In this document: in pieces, positions 1-11,320 of the stretch
Layout of the letters: each line of letters starts with the position of its first letter
Numbering within the stretch: position 1 is the first letter of the stretch
Assembly: GCA_950097015.1 (NCBI GenBank)
Contig: CATNEN010000001.1
Location: 6,634,001 to 6,698,000, forward strand
DNA length: 64,000 nucleotides
DNA from: Macrostomum hystrix
Lineage: Eukaryota > Animalia > Platyhelminthes
Reading direction: 5' to 3'
Program-made: the position numbers and the translations under genes
Notes under the pieces: generated by a model
What the model was told of the DNA's origin: nothing
Databases searched by the model: none
Seen by the model: the letters and a program-made list of their open reading frames with translations, nothing else

Positions 1-970
1 TGCGATTCTGCGCCGCCCATCGACTTCAACCGCTTTCAGCGCAGCCCGCTGACTTATGCAACTACCTGGCGGAGCTGGCGTACAACCCGCTGTTCTCCGT
101 CAGCAGCCTATCCTGTCACCTCGCCGCCGTGTCCTGGCTCTACAAATCAAACAGCGTGGCTTACCCGACGAGGCAGCCACTGGTTCAGCTGGCCCTGCGC
201 GGCGCCCGTCGGCTCCTCGGCGCCGCCCCAAGGAGCAAACAAGCGTTGCGGCCGGCCGACCTGCAGCGACTGCACGGCATGCTGCGACCTGAAGAGCCCA
301 GGGACTGCGCACTCTGGTGTGACTGCATCGTTGGCTGGTGGGCCATGCTGCGGCGAGCCAACCTGTGCGTATCCGGCCGGTTTGATCCGCAGCGATACCT
401 CAGCGCGAGCTGCATCCGGTCGTCAAGGGCCAGCGTCATCCTCGTCATTCCGAGGTCGAAAACAAACCAGTTCGGGGCGCGCCAGCACCGAGTTTTCTTG
501 CCGCAGCACCCAGATGGACATCCACTCTGCCCGGTCACCGCGCTCCAGAAGCAGCTGCGCATTAACCGACCGCAGGACACCCGGCATCAGCTGTTCAGTA
601 CCCGAACCGGACGGTCCACCGCGCCGCTCACCGCGCGCACCTTCGCAAGGCGCCTGTCCACAGCACTTCGACAGGCCGGGTTCGCCGAGCCAGCCAGGTT
701 CTCTGGCACTCGTTGTGTCGAGGTGGCGCTACATCCGCGACGGAGGCCGGCATCCCCATCGATTCAATCATGCGAGTCGGTGACTGGGCAAGCAGCGCTG
801 TAGAGCGGTACCTGCCACCATCGGTTGAGCGCAGTGCGCCGCTGCGCCAGGCTTCGCTCCTCCCCTCAACGTGACCTACTCCCTGTTTTGAGATTTTTTG
901 GACTCGTTCGTCCGCTGCCTTTGTCGCCACGCCTGTGCCTTCCCTCTTGCTGCTTTTGGCCCTGTTGGCT
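1..970 (+). mobile_element. 3' part of a DIRS/Ngaro-type tyrosine-recombinase retrotransposon, truncated by the window start
   Basis: GC-rich YR coding region followed by about 95 bp of 3' sequence. It ends abruptly at 970, where homology to the second lectin copy (2616 onward) begins. Confidence 0.8.
3..874 (+). pseudogene. Tyrosine recombinase of a DIRS-type element, frameshifted
   Basis: Frame 3 is open from nt 3: RFC...YLAEL...AMLRRANL...IPRSKTNQFG...LCPV...FSG. After a 1-bp loss at about 708 it continues HSLCRGGATSATEAGIPIDSIMRVGDWASSAVERYL to TGA at 872-874. The HxxR arginine reads Cys (TGT). Confidence 0.85.
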
Positions 971-1546
971 AACGTCTGTGCTGGTCAGCCAATTGAAAAC
1001 AGAAACACGGGTAATGAGAAAAATTCAAAGGAAAAACTCTCGTAGCTGCACTCACGTCCACTTGGCTGCACCTGAGGCAGGTAGCTACCGAAGGCCTGCA
1101 CCTCGCACAGGGTCAGGTAAGTGGTCCTTCGGCTAGCGATCCGCAGCACCTGTCCGACCCTGTCGCAGTTAAACGTCTGCACGCTGAATGCGGCGCCGGA
1201 GTGGTAGGACGCGCACACGTGACCGTCCACCATGATGACAAAGTTGTTGAGCCTGTCCGAGCAGCAGTCGGCCCTGTTGAAGATCCTCACCTGCCGGAAG
1301 TGGACCGGTCTCGATGCCTGAGCCTGCCACCAGCCGTGCTCCAGGTTGGTGTGGGTGCATGAGCTAGCGCCGTAGTTCCTGTTGGTGTTTCCGTCGATGG
1401 CTCGGCTGCAGACGCCGCCCCAGCCCATTGAGCTCTGTGAGCAGTGACTCAGTTGTATCTGCTCTGCAATCGGGAGGTGCAAGTCTTTGTAGCAGAATAA
1501 CAGCCTGGTTCTTTGCTTTGGAACAGCACACCTTTCTGTTTCAGAA
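971..1546. repeat. 576-bp direct duplication, copy 1 (copy 2 at 2616-3191)
   Basis: Near-identical sequence at a constant offset of 1645 bp, with only a few substitutions. Confidence 0.95.
1056..1463 (-). CDS. F-type lectin (fucolectin/FTP domain) gene A, domain exon
   Basis: SQSS..WGG..SRAIDGN....SCTHT....WW...VRIFNRADCCSDRL...LTLCEVQAFG, with the fucose-binding H...RxD...R residues. Acceptor ttgcag at 1464, donor gtgagt at 1055, phase 1-1. Confidence 0.9.
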
Positions 1547-1710
1547 AACGTTTCCATTTCGTAACTGTCTTTTTGCGCAAGGACCTAGTGGAAAGATCGA
1601 TAGGAAAACATGGAAAACCAAATTTGATGGTCGACAGAAACTAAATAAACCAGTTTGAGCAACTCGAATAGCAGGACTGCTTTTTGTGAAGACAGGTTCC
1701 AAGGACTCAC

Positions 1711-1771
1711 CAGATGCAGTTGCTGCATCAATAGCCAGTGCAAGCAGCATCCATTACAGACAGTGTGCCAT
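1711..1771 (-). CDS. F-type lectin gene A, signal-peptide exon (in-frame TAA after codon 5; second Met at 1750)
   Basis: MAHCL*WMLLALAIDAATAS(G)|gtgagt. The phase-1 donor matches the domain exon. Confidence 0.65.
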
Positions 1772-2527
1772 TTGATGCTTTGACTCTATCTTGTATAAAT
1801 GTAAAGCTATTAAAGTCTAAATCCGGAGATGTCCAACAACTTGCTTATTTCTTGCCTTGCCCTAGCTTCACTCAATATATAGAAAAGCTGTTTCAACTAT
1901 TTTACAGGGCATTTCAGCCACTTCAGAAAAATGCAACCATTGCTTTTTTCAGCTTTCCATGAGACAGTTGTCTCTGAGGAATTTCAGAAAAAAACAGGAA
2001 TCGATCAGCTTGAGTAGTGCGCATTAAACTTTTTCTAGAAATTGTTGCGTGTTTACTAAGAATTGAGACTCCGAGAGATCACTATATAGAAACATGGCGA
2101 GCGAATATTCACACGAACTCGCTAATAAAGTCTTCAAGAGATCGCCCCTCACAGAATTGCAGAGTCTCATTCGATCTCTAAAGGCCTCCGCACTTCTGCA
2201 AAGCCTTCTTCCGTATCAATCGATTATCCAGGAAATCGCTTCACGCGCCAGTCTCAACAATGGCAAATGCAGAGAGTCAGGCAATCCAGAAGTTCTTTTT
2301 GATTTCGGAGAACAAAAGAGCCATTGTTTAATGCAACTTCACTGAAACAGGAAACAATGATAATTCTAGTTCTCATTTTCATGGGCTTGTGGGAACTAAT
2401 TAAAAATTTGCCGACACTGCTCATTCCACTGGCCAATGAACACACTTAGAGATAAGTAAACAGGCACACACACACAGTTGTGTAAATCTGCCCCAACTTT
2501 AAAATCGCCAGGCAGTCTCACTGCGCC

Positions 2528-2625
2528 TCAGAGTCGACCCTCACAGGAGCTGAAATGTGCGACAACCACCCAAGCCATCCCATCTCGTGAGGTCAGAGCT
2601 GCGAGCTGGTCTCGAAACGTCTGTG
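2528..2625 (-). CDS. F-type lectin gene B, terminal exon
   Basis: Pyrimidine-rich intron ending gaccag|, phase 1, reading (P)QTFRDQLAALTSRDGMAWVVVAHFSSCEGRL*. Confidence 0.55.
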
Positions 2626-3191
2626 CTGGTCAGCCAATTGAAAACAGAAACACGGGTAATGAGAAAAATTCAAAGGAAAAACTCTCGTAGCTGCACTCAC
2701 GTCCACTTGGCTGCACCTGAGGCAGGTAGCTACCGAAGGCCTGCACCTCGCACAGGGTCAGGTAAGTGGTCCTTCGGCTAGCGATCCGCAGCACCTGTCC
2801 GACCCTGTCGCAGTTAAACGTCTGCACGCTGAATGCGGCGCCGGAGTGGTAGGACGCGCACACGTGACCGTCCACCATGATGACAAAGTTGTTGAGCCTG
2901 TCCGAGCAGCAGTCGGCCCTGTTGAAGATCCTCACCTGCCGGAAGTGGACCGGTCTCGATGCCTGAGCCTGCCACCAGCCGTGCTCCAGGTTGGTGTGGG
3001 TGCATGAGCTAGCGCCGTAGTTCCTGTTGGTGTTTCCGTCGATGGCTCGGCTGCAGACACCGCCCCAGCCCATTGAGCTCTGTGAGCAGTGACTCAGTTG
3101 TATCTGCTCTGCAATTGGGAGGTGCAAGTCTTTGTAACAGAATAACAGACTGGTTCTTTACTTTGGAACAGCACACCTTTCTGTTTCAGAA
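2616..3191. repeat. 576-bp direct duplication, copy 2
   Basis: Matches 971-1546. Confidence 0.95.
2701..3108 (-). CDS. F-type lectin (fucolectin/FTP domain) gene B, domain exon
   Basis: Same protein as 1056-1463, with canonical ag/gt boundaries; 408 nt. Confidence 0.9.
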
Positions 3192-3207
3192 TAAGTATGA
3201 GAATGAG

Positions 3208-3262
3208 GAAACGTCGCCCCAGCCCACAGAGCTCTGTGAGCAGTTTCTCAGAGCTAGTTGAC
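3208..3262 (-). pseudogene. Truncated start of a third, diverged FTP-domain exon
   Basis: After ttctgcag| it reads (R)QLALRNCSQSSVGWGDV, paralogous to EQIQLSHCSQSSMGWGGV, then breaks off just before the duplicated segment. Confidence 0.7.
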
Positions 3263-3360
3263 CTGCAGAATTAAACCGATACTAGCTCGTAGCACAAGTA
3301 GAATGTTTTCACCTTATCTTTGCAGACAATTTTGCTAGAATAATTTTTGCAAAAACTTAC

Positions 3361-3436
3361 GCCACGCGCCTGCTGCATCGAATGCCAGAGCTAGCACCAG
3401 CAACAGGTGCGCAACCGAGCAGATTGTCTTTTGCAT
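3361..3436 (-). CDS. F-type lectin gene B, signal-peptide exon
   Basis: ATG...MQKTICSVAHLLLVLALAFDAAGAW|gtaag, phase 1, hydrophobic signal peptide. Confidence 0.75.
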
Positions 3437-4226
3437 TGCGCAAATCGAGTCAGGATCACGCTCTGATCAGCCTCGCGACTCGCTCTGCGAGAACACTTGG
3501 ACAGTCATCGGCAGAGAATGGTCTCTTCTATAAATAGAGCCCAATCGTGCTCTAGTGAGCAAACAAAAAATTAATTTTCTTTTCTTTAGACACATCTTAA
3601 CTGTTTTCAAGGAAATATTTTCACCGACTACCATATGTCTTCTTCAAGCAACCCCGAAGGTGCATCTGGCAGACGAGTTGTCATGTGACACCTCCTCAAA
3701 ATTATTCGCTTTTTTCATATCAGAGCAGACACTACAGGCTGCACTGTCAGAGAAGTCAATACTGCTCTTAAATTATTGCATGCAGTTGAGAATATGCAGA
3801 AAAAAATTCTGGGAAGGATTGTTACTTTACCAAGAACATGATGCGCTTTATATCATTGAAGTGATACGAGCTCGTAGATAGTCTTAACTGTACTGCATAG
3901 AGAGCCTTATGGTAGTGTCGAACTGATTCAAATGTTGGTAGAATTGCTTTAGTTGAGTTTCTGTGCCCACAAACATCATGAAAATGCCGTCGATGTAGCC
4001 TCGGTACAGACGGTGTTGAGAAACCGGAGTAGCTGACGGTCCGGTCAATAAATTTAAATCAACGAATTTATTAAACGCCTGACTAACAGCGGAGTTTTGT
4101 CAGATGGAATGTTGGTAAACGTCGATTCAACATCTAACGTCGTTGATAATAGCTTGAAAATGCTCGGTAAGAATATTGATTTCTCGCGATGGATTTTCGA
4201 AAATACTTAATGATTTTAACGCTCAG

Positions 4227-4537
4227 AATAATAATAATAATAATTGATTACACCTGCCCCAACCGGGCCAGAGGTGCAGCCGACAGCACAGCCGCAGCTA
4301 TTGCACGGTGCATCTGAAGGCTGCGTACAGCTGTTCAGTCCATGGACTGGGGGGACGCCACACCCACCTTCAATTATCCCAGCTGATTCTGGTACCCATT
4401 TAACAGCTGGGTGAACTGAAGCAATGCAGAGTTAAGTGTCTTGGTAAAGGACACAAAATTTTTCAGTGGAGTCGGGAATCGAACCCCCGACCTTTAATCC
4501 GTGAGTCCGATGCCCTAGCCACTAGGCTACAACCTCT
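4227..4537 (-). mobile_element. tRNA-derived CORE-type SINE (family 1), full length, nested in the PLE
   Basis: Pol III A and B boxes, CORE-like central domain, (ATT)n tail; near-identical to the copies at 45165, 57045 and 62514. Confidence 0.9.
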
Positions 4538-5286
4538 GTAGCTCATGTAGCTCTCCGAACTACAGTCCGAGACAATACCGGGAACGGGCCAGGTAGCTGG
4601 GTCCTTGTGGACTTTAGGAAGCAGATAGAAGATCCTGTCCCTGGGTTCCAAGGGGAATAAACTGAGCAAATGAGTTCCTGAGAGATTTAGTTAATCTCAG
4701 CACTAGTTCTTAAGGCAGAATCGACAGGTAGGTACATGTAAAAGTCTGTGTTGGAGAGTTGCCTGTAAGCTTCAATGATGTAAGCATCCCTATCAAGGTT
4801 GACCACTTTGTTGCCTTTGTCCGCTGGTTTGATGACAATACTGCGGTTGTTTTGGAGATTCCAAAGCGCTTGTTTCTCGTCTGGTGCAGGTTGGTTCTAT
4901 ATTGAAAGCAGTACTATAAGAACAGGAATGCTATCGAGAGCTTCAAGTCTGGTGTGAATGCCACTTATTAAGGCAATGTTCGAGACGTGCGTGCGGTTTG
5001 GAGTAAAGGTACGAGGTGCATAACTGCCTGTGCGCGTCGCATTAGCGAGTTCAAAGCTATCCTCTGTTTGAGATTCGCAATGGAGTCTAAGAAGACGCTC
5101 GATCCTACACGAGTTGGGGCAGGAACAAAGTTTTTTCCCTTATCCAAAACTCTAAGCTCGCTAACAGTTTTATGGTGCTTTCTGAGAGCAAGCTGGAGGG
5201 CGCTCAGGCAGGATTCATCGGTCAACGAAACTAGGTCGTGTCGAAAAGACGGATGTCTAGGCGAGAGCGAGAGGTAGTCTCTACGG

Positions 5287-6274
5287 CAGGGGTCGGCAAC
5301 CTTATATACCCCGCGGGCTAAAGAGAGAATCTTAGAGACGACGGCGGGCCGCATGAAGAAAGGGGAGAGATCAGACAGGGGAGAGATGAGACAAGTGAGA
5401 GATGAGAAAGGTGAGAGATAAGACGGGGGGAGATAAGACGCAAGAGAGATGAGACAGGCGAGAGACGAAAAATGGGAGAGATGAGACAGGGGAGAGATAA
5501 AAAAAAGGGGAGAGATGAGACAGGGGAGAGATGAGACTGGGGAGAGATGAGACAGGGGAGAGATGAGACTGGGGAGAGATGAGACAGGGGAGAGATGAGA
5601 CAGGGGAGAGATGAAAAAGGGGAGAGATGAGACTGGGGAGAGATGAGACAGGGGAGAGATGAAAAAGGGGAGAGATGAGACAGGGGAGAGATGAGACTGG
5701 GGAGAGATAAGACAGGGGAGAGGTGAGACTGGGGAGAGATGAGACAGGGGAGAGATGAGACAGGGGAGAGATGAAAAAGGGGAGAGATGAGACAGGGGAG
5801 AGATGAGACTGGGGAGAGATAAGATAGGGAGAGATGAGACTGGGGAGAGATAAGACAGGGGAGAGATGAGACTGGGGAGAGATGAGACAGGGGAGAGATG
5901 AAAAAGGGGAGAGATGAGACAGGGGAGAGATGAGACTGGGGAGAGATAAGATAGGGAGAGATGAGACTGGGGAGAGATAAGACAGGGGAGAGATGAGACT
6001 GGGGAGAGATGAGACAGGGGAGAGATGAAAAAGGGGAGAGATGAGACAGGGGAGAGATGAAAAAGGGGAGAGATGAGACAGGGGAGAGATGAGACTGGGG
6101 AGAGATAAGACAGGGGAGAGATGAGACTGGGGAGAGATAAGACAGGGGAGAGATAAGACAGGGGAGAGATGAGATAGGGTGTACTGTAGAGTAGGTGTTA
6201 GGAGGAGCTAAGGGCCAGATTTGGGAGCTTTAAGGGCCGCATCTGGCCCGCGGGCCGGAGGTTGCCGACCCCTA
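5287..6274. mobile_element. Non-autonomous hAT-type DNA transposon (MITE) containing a minisatellite
   Basis: TIRs CAGGGGTCGGCAACCT / AGGTTGCCGACCCCTA (15 of 16 match); 8-bp TSD CTCTACGG at 5279-5286 and 6275-6282. Confidence 0.9.
5370..6180. repeat. ~18-bp purine-rich minisatellite (GAGATGAGACAGGGGAGA) inside the hAT MITE
   Basis: Direct inspection. Confidence 0.95.
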
Positions 6275-6479
6275 CTCTACGGTCTCAAGCCGTTTTTCGG
6301 ACGTTGTCAGGTGCATCGGCATGAGTGACAAAGTCAAGTGTATAGATACTTGCGTTAGGGAATGCCTTTCGACAGTTGTTGACGATTGTCGTTAGCTGTT
6401 TGTCAGGAACACATTAAAATTGTCTTGACAGGTCCTGGCCCCAGGTGAACAGGATCACGGCTTTGGCTGATAAGCATGG

Positions 6480-7052
6480 TTAGATTGCTTGTTCTCTGAG
6501 GATTTTAGATAAATATTCTGCCTTTAGGTTCGGGAAGATTTCGAATTGAATGTACTTGGTCCCAGATTGGGACAGGCTGCATTCATCTCCAATAATCACA
6601 GTGTCTTTCAATAATGAGAAATCTTCCAGTCTTTCTTGAGTCCACAGTGGACGTTTATGAAGGGTAGCGGCTGTGGAAACAGAGATTGCTGGCCATGGGT
6701 TTAGCATTAGCAGGTGGGATTCACACACCACCCCCGTGTCTACGTGTCTTTGCACCTGGAAATATTTCTCGATGGAAAGAGTGCTGTTTTCCACGTCTTT
6801 GTAAGTGAGCAAACTAGGCTCTTTGTTACTCGTTTTTACTCGTAACTGCCGATTTTTTAATGTACCAAAATTCGTACCAAAATGTACCAGATGGACCAAA
6901 TTTTCGGCCAAAAATAGGCATTCTTCAGGGTCTGTATATTTAGATGTCATATATTTAATTAAGCCTGTATATTTAAATAGCTGTGGTGTATTAGCCGCCA
7001 ATGGTTGGTCTAATACGCAGTATAATATCTGTTCTGTTTCAACAGGCAGCAT
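6480..7052 (-). pseudogene. N-terminal ORF remnant of the PLE, SGNH/GDSL-hydrolase-like
   Basis: HK..W....LLKDTVIIGD......IQFEIFPN...LSKIL, then after a stop AVILFTWG. This resembles SGNH blocks I-III. It is collinear with and upstream of the RT remnants. Confidence 0.5.
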
Positions 7053-7509
7053 AAGTGGAAAGTAGTCTATTAATAGATGGCGTGTTTTGATCTTTTCAAA
7101 TAGCTGCTTCCATACGGCAAAAATAATTGTTAAACTGTTCTAGCATTGCTGCCAATAATTTCTTATTGATTCTAAAACAGCTCCGCTGACCAGATGTTAA
7201 GCGAAAGAAGTTACTGCACAGGTCCTACTAAATACTGTGAATTTCTTCGACCTAAAAGCTAAAAAGATATCCAGAATATGCGGGCCTGATATTAGCCTTC
7301 TTGAGCCTTATTCCTTTCTATTCAATCAACACTAATTTAGCAAATCAAATACAATGTCTAACGAAAATCCTTAGGCAACATGGATTGCGTATAGGAGCTA
7401 GTCAAGAAAGTGAAAAAAGTAAAAGAAGTTTTCATAACTTTCTCAAAAAAATTTTATGCGCCTATGCTCTGCTGCGTGAGAAGTAGCTAGAGTAGAGAAT
7501 GAGAGAAAC

Positions 7510-9226
7510 TAGAGTAGACTAAGGGAGATTAGAGCAGACTATGGGAGATTAGAGCAGACTATGGGAGATTAGAGTGGGCTATGGGAGATTAGAGCAGACT
7601 ATGGGAGATTAGAGCAGACTATGGGAGATTAGAGTAGACTATGGGAGATTAGAGTAGGCTATGGGAGATTAGAGTAGGCTATGGGAGATTAGAGTAGGCT
7701 ATGGGAGATTAGAGTAGACTATGGGAGATTATAGTAGGCTATGGGAGATTAGAGTAGACTATGGGAGATTAGAGTAGACTATGGGAGATTAGAGCAGACT
7801 ATGGGAGATTAGAGCAGACTATGGGAGATTAGAGTAGACTATGGGAGATTAGAGTAGGCTATGGGAGATTAGAGTAGGCTATGGGAGATTAGAGTAGACT
7901 ATGGGAGATTAGAGCTGACTATGGGAGATTAGAGTAGACTTTGGGAGATTAGAGTAGGCTATGGGAGATTAGAGTAGGCTATGGGAGATTAGAGCGGACT
8001 ATGGAAGATTAGAGCAGACTATGGGAGATTAGAGTAGACTATAGGAGATTAGAGTAGGCTATGGGAGATTAGAGCAGACTATGGGAGATTAGAGCAGACT
8101 ATGGGAGATTAGAGTAGACTATGGGAGATTAGAGTAGGCTATGGGAGATTAGAGTAGGCTATGGGAGATTAGAGTAGGCTATGGGAGATTAGAGTAGACT
8201 ATGGGAGATTATAGTAGGCTATGGGAGATTAGAGTAGACTATGGGAGATTAGAGTAGACTATGGGAGATTAGAGTAGGCTATGGGAGATTAGAGTAGGCT
8301 ATGGGAGATTAGAGTAGGCTATGGGAGATTAGAGTAGACTATGGGAGATTATAGTAGGCTATGGGAGATTAGAGTAGACTATGGGAGATTAGAGTAGACT
8401 ATGGGAGATTAGAGTAGACTATGGGAGATTAGAGCAGACTATGGGAGATTAGAGTAGACTATGGGAGATTAGAGTAGGCTATGGGAGATTAGAGTAGGCT
8501 ATGGGAGATTAGAGTAGACTTTGGGAGATTAGAGAAGACTATGGGAGATTAAAGTAGACTATGGGAGATTAGAGTAGGCTATGGGAGATTAGAGAAGACT
8601 ATGGGAGATAAGAGTAGACTATAGGAGATTAGAGTAGACTATGGGAGATTAGAGTAGACTATGAGAGATTAGAGCAGACTATGGGAGATTAGAGCAGACT
8701 ATGGGAGATTAGAGTAGACTATGAGAGATTAGAGCAGACTATGGGAGATTAGAGCAGACTATGGGAGATTAGAGTAGACTATGGGAGATTAGAGTAGACT
8801 ATGGGAGATTAGAGTAGACTATGGGAGATTAGAGTAGACTATGAGAGATTAGAGCAGACTATGGGAGATTAGAGTAGACTATGGGAGATTAGAGTAGGCT
8901 ATGGGAGATTAGAGTAGGCTATGGGAGATTAGAGTAGACTATGGGAGATTAGAGCAGACTATGGGAGATTTGAGTAGACTATGGGTGATTAGAGTAGACT
9001 TTGGGGGATTAGAGTAGGCTATGGGAGATTAGAGTAGGCTATGGGAGATTAGAGCGGACTATGGGAGATTAGAGCAGACTATGGAAGATTAGAGTAGGCT
9101 ATGGGAGATTAGAGTAGGCTATGGGAGATTAGAGCAGACTATGGAAGATTAGAGTAGGCTATGGGAGATTAGAGCGGACTATGGGAGATTAGAGCAGACT
9201 ATGGAAGATTAGAGTAGGCTATGGGA
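7510..9226. repeat. 20-bp minisatellite (AGAGTAGACTATGGGAGATT)
   Basis: About 85 tandem units. Confidence 0.97.
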
Positions 9227-10381
9227 TACTGGACTGTAGGAGAGTGGAGTGAATCAGATTTTTTAATCAATCATGAAAAGCAAACTTTCTTATTAAAGAA
9301 CTGGAGCTGCTTGCCAAAGTGTGCAACTTTTTGCGACATCTAGAGATAGGACTGCTCATACAATGCCGCCACGCGTACAACAAAATATTAATATTTCCGA
9401 TTATTATTATTTATTATTCATATGCAACTAACTGTATCATTATTAGCTGATACTTAACTGTATTTACTAATTGTTTACTTATTACTAAATAACGTATTAC
9501 TATTAGTAGCGGGACGCGAAAATCTCGGGTGTTATAACACAGAAATGAAACTATACAAAATATTGAAGATTTTATAACTATTTAATAGAATTTGGGTAGT
9601 CTTACTAAACTTACCAATAAAAAAGCAGCAGCAGCAGCAGCAGCAGCAGCGAAAATGAAAAAAGGAAATAAAATGAACCACAACACGAACACTGGCTTGC
9701 GTTAGCAACGATTTAGTTTACCTTGGATACCAGTCCGTAAAAAAATAAATAGCGCGATGATTTTGAAGAAAAAATTGAAATGAAACAATACTCAATTGTT
9801 CAAAAATACTTGTAGCAGATTTTAATTGTAAGCAATTCAGCTTTGTCTTCCAGTTTCTTCTACTAAAAATAATACTGCTTTTTTGCAAAGTGACATTCAC
9901 ATTTTAAGATAGATTTCAACAATTGATTTGAGAAAAAAGTATCAATAGAAGTCTTTGTGACAGAGTCGATAGTCAATCAATCAATTAATCTACCGTGTAT
10001 TTTCGAGACTAAGGGAAAAAGTATTCTAATCATAACAAACAAAGACTCAATACCTGTTCGCACTGGTAGACAGAATGAAATTTAAATTAGCAATTATTTA
10101 ATAAGAATTTTAATTCGATTATTAAAAAACTTATTGCACAAAAATGACCAAATTAATTGACCAAATATACACAAATTGTATAACTGATAGTAGGCTATAA
10201 TCACATTATGACTTTCTTGTATATTCTTCTATTTTTTTTAAGAAAAGAAACAGAAAACACCTTTAGAGTCTAGAAATCAAATTCGAAAAATTAAGGATAT
10301 TTAACACTGGAGCCAAGTGACAACGCTAGTGAAAAAAACTAGAAACTAAACACAGAAAAAAAACAAAAAAGTATGTTTAGT

Positions 10382-10582
10382 TCACATATCTGAGCAACCT
10401 TGACTTTGAGAAGTTTTAGTGGCAGCTGCTAAGTCTAACTTGGAACTGTCCCGCTCTCTGAGGCGTGTGATAACTCTGATTAATGACAAATTGTCCGACT
10501 TCAATTTTTCATTCTCTAAACGAAGACGCGAACTTTCGACCTCCTCGGTTGTTGCTGTTTGAGACGGAAGCGTAGAATGCAC
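10382..10582 (-). CDS. PPP1R12A: MYPT1-like gene, alternative terminal leucine-zipper exon (LZ-b)
   Basis: tttacag|GTG..., phase 0: VHSTLP...RLENEKLKSDNLSLIRVITRLRERDSS...*. Matches the MYPT C-terminal motif (NQRLKDENGALIRVISKL). Confidence 0.7.
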   Translation of the reverse strand: MHSTLPSQTATTEEVESSRLRLENEKLKSDNLSLIRVITRLRERDSSKLDLAAATKTSQSQGCSDM

Positions 10583-10819
10583 CTGTAAATAGGATTTTAA
10601 AATGTTTATTTTCGTGATTCAATCACCGCTTTAAATGAAAATGTTTTTAACTCCAGTGCAAAATCGGACCAAAAAACAGGGCATGCTTATTAATTAGTAC
10701 GCAACTAAATAATGTCAGTTATTGATGTATAACATTTCATGCTTCTTTTCTTGAGGAGAAACAAACTGAATGCATTCCATTCATAATTCGTTCGGTTCCT
10801 CTCATAATTATATCTTAGA

Positions 10820-11320
10820 TTCTGCATACGATTCTATCTTCCTTCGATTCTTTCTTCCTTCGATTCCAAATCTTCTTTCTATTCCTCCGACGATTCCACA
10901 TTCTTTTTATTCCTTGTACGATTCTATCTTTGTTCTATTCTTCCTTCGATTCCATATCTTTGTTCTATTCCTCCTTCGATCTATCTTCGTTCGATTCCTT
11001 CGTTCGATTCTTCTTTCGATTCCATATCTTCCTTCTATTCGTCCTATGATTCTGTCTTCTTTTGACTCCTTCTACGATTCTGTCTTCTTTCTATTCCTCC
11101 TAAGATTCCACATTCTTTTCATTCCTCCTACGAATCTGTTCGTTCTATTCTTCCTTCGATTCCATATCTTCGTTCTATTCTTCCTACGATTCTATGTTCG
11201 TTCAATAGTTTTTTTTCGATTCCATATCTTCGTTCCATTCCTCATAAGATTCTACGTTCAATTCTGCCGATAATTAAATCTACGATTCCTGGCACAGACA
11301 CTTCCTTCGATTCCCTTGAC
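10820..11320. repeat. Degenerate ~30-bp repeat with a CGATTC core
   Basis: Recurrent TTCGATTCCATATCTT...; related to the 24-bp array at 11760. Confidence 0.8.

Larger units (their letters stand above)
3640..7150 (-). mobile_element. Decayed Penelope-like (PLE) retroelement: reverse transcriptase plus an N-terminal SGNH-like region; boundaries approximate
   Basis: Ordered minus-strand motifs: VLDKGKNFVPAP (~5140), NNRSIVIKPADKG...YIIEAYRQLS (~4760-4850), FYLLPKVHK...PGIVSDCSS (~4560-4630), LDVESTFTNIP (~4105-4140), YRGYIDGIF (~3985-4010). Many stops and frameshifts. Confidence 0.8.

Noticed and set aside
3-874. Phage integrase or bacterial contamination
   Set aside because: The motifs (SKTNQ, CPV, GDWAS..V..Y) fit DIRS-type eukaryotic YR retroelements, and the sequence is contiguous with intron-containing genes.
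3500-7500. Hammerhead ribozyme and GIY-YIG domain expected in a Penelope element
   Set aside because: I found no convincing CTGANGA...GAAA core with stems and no clear GIY-YIG motif by eye; an Infernal or HMM search is needed.
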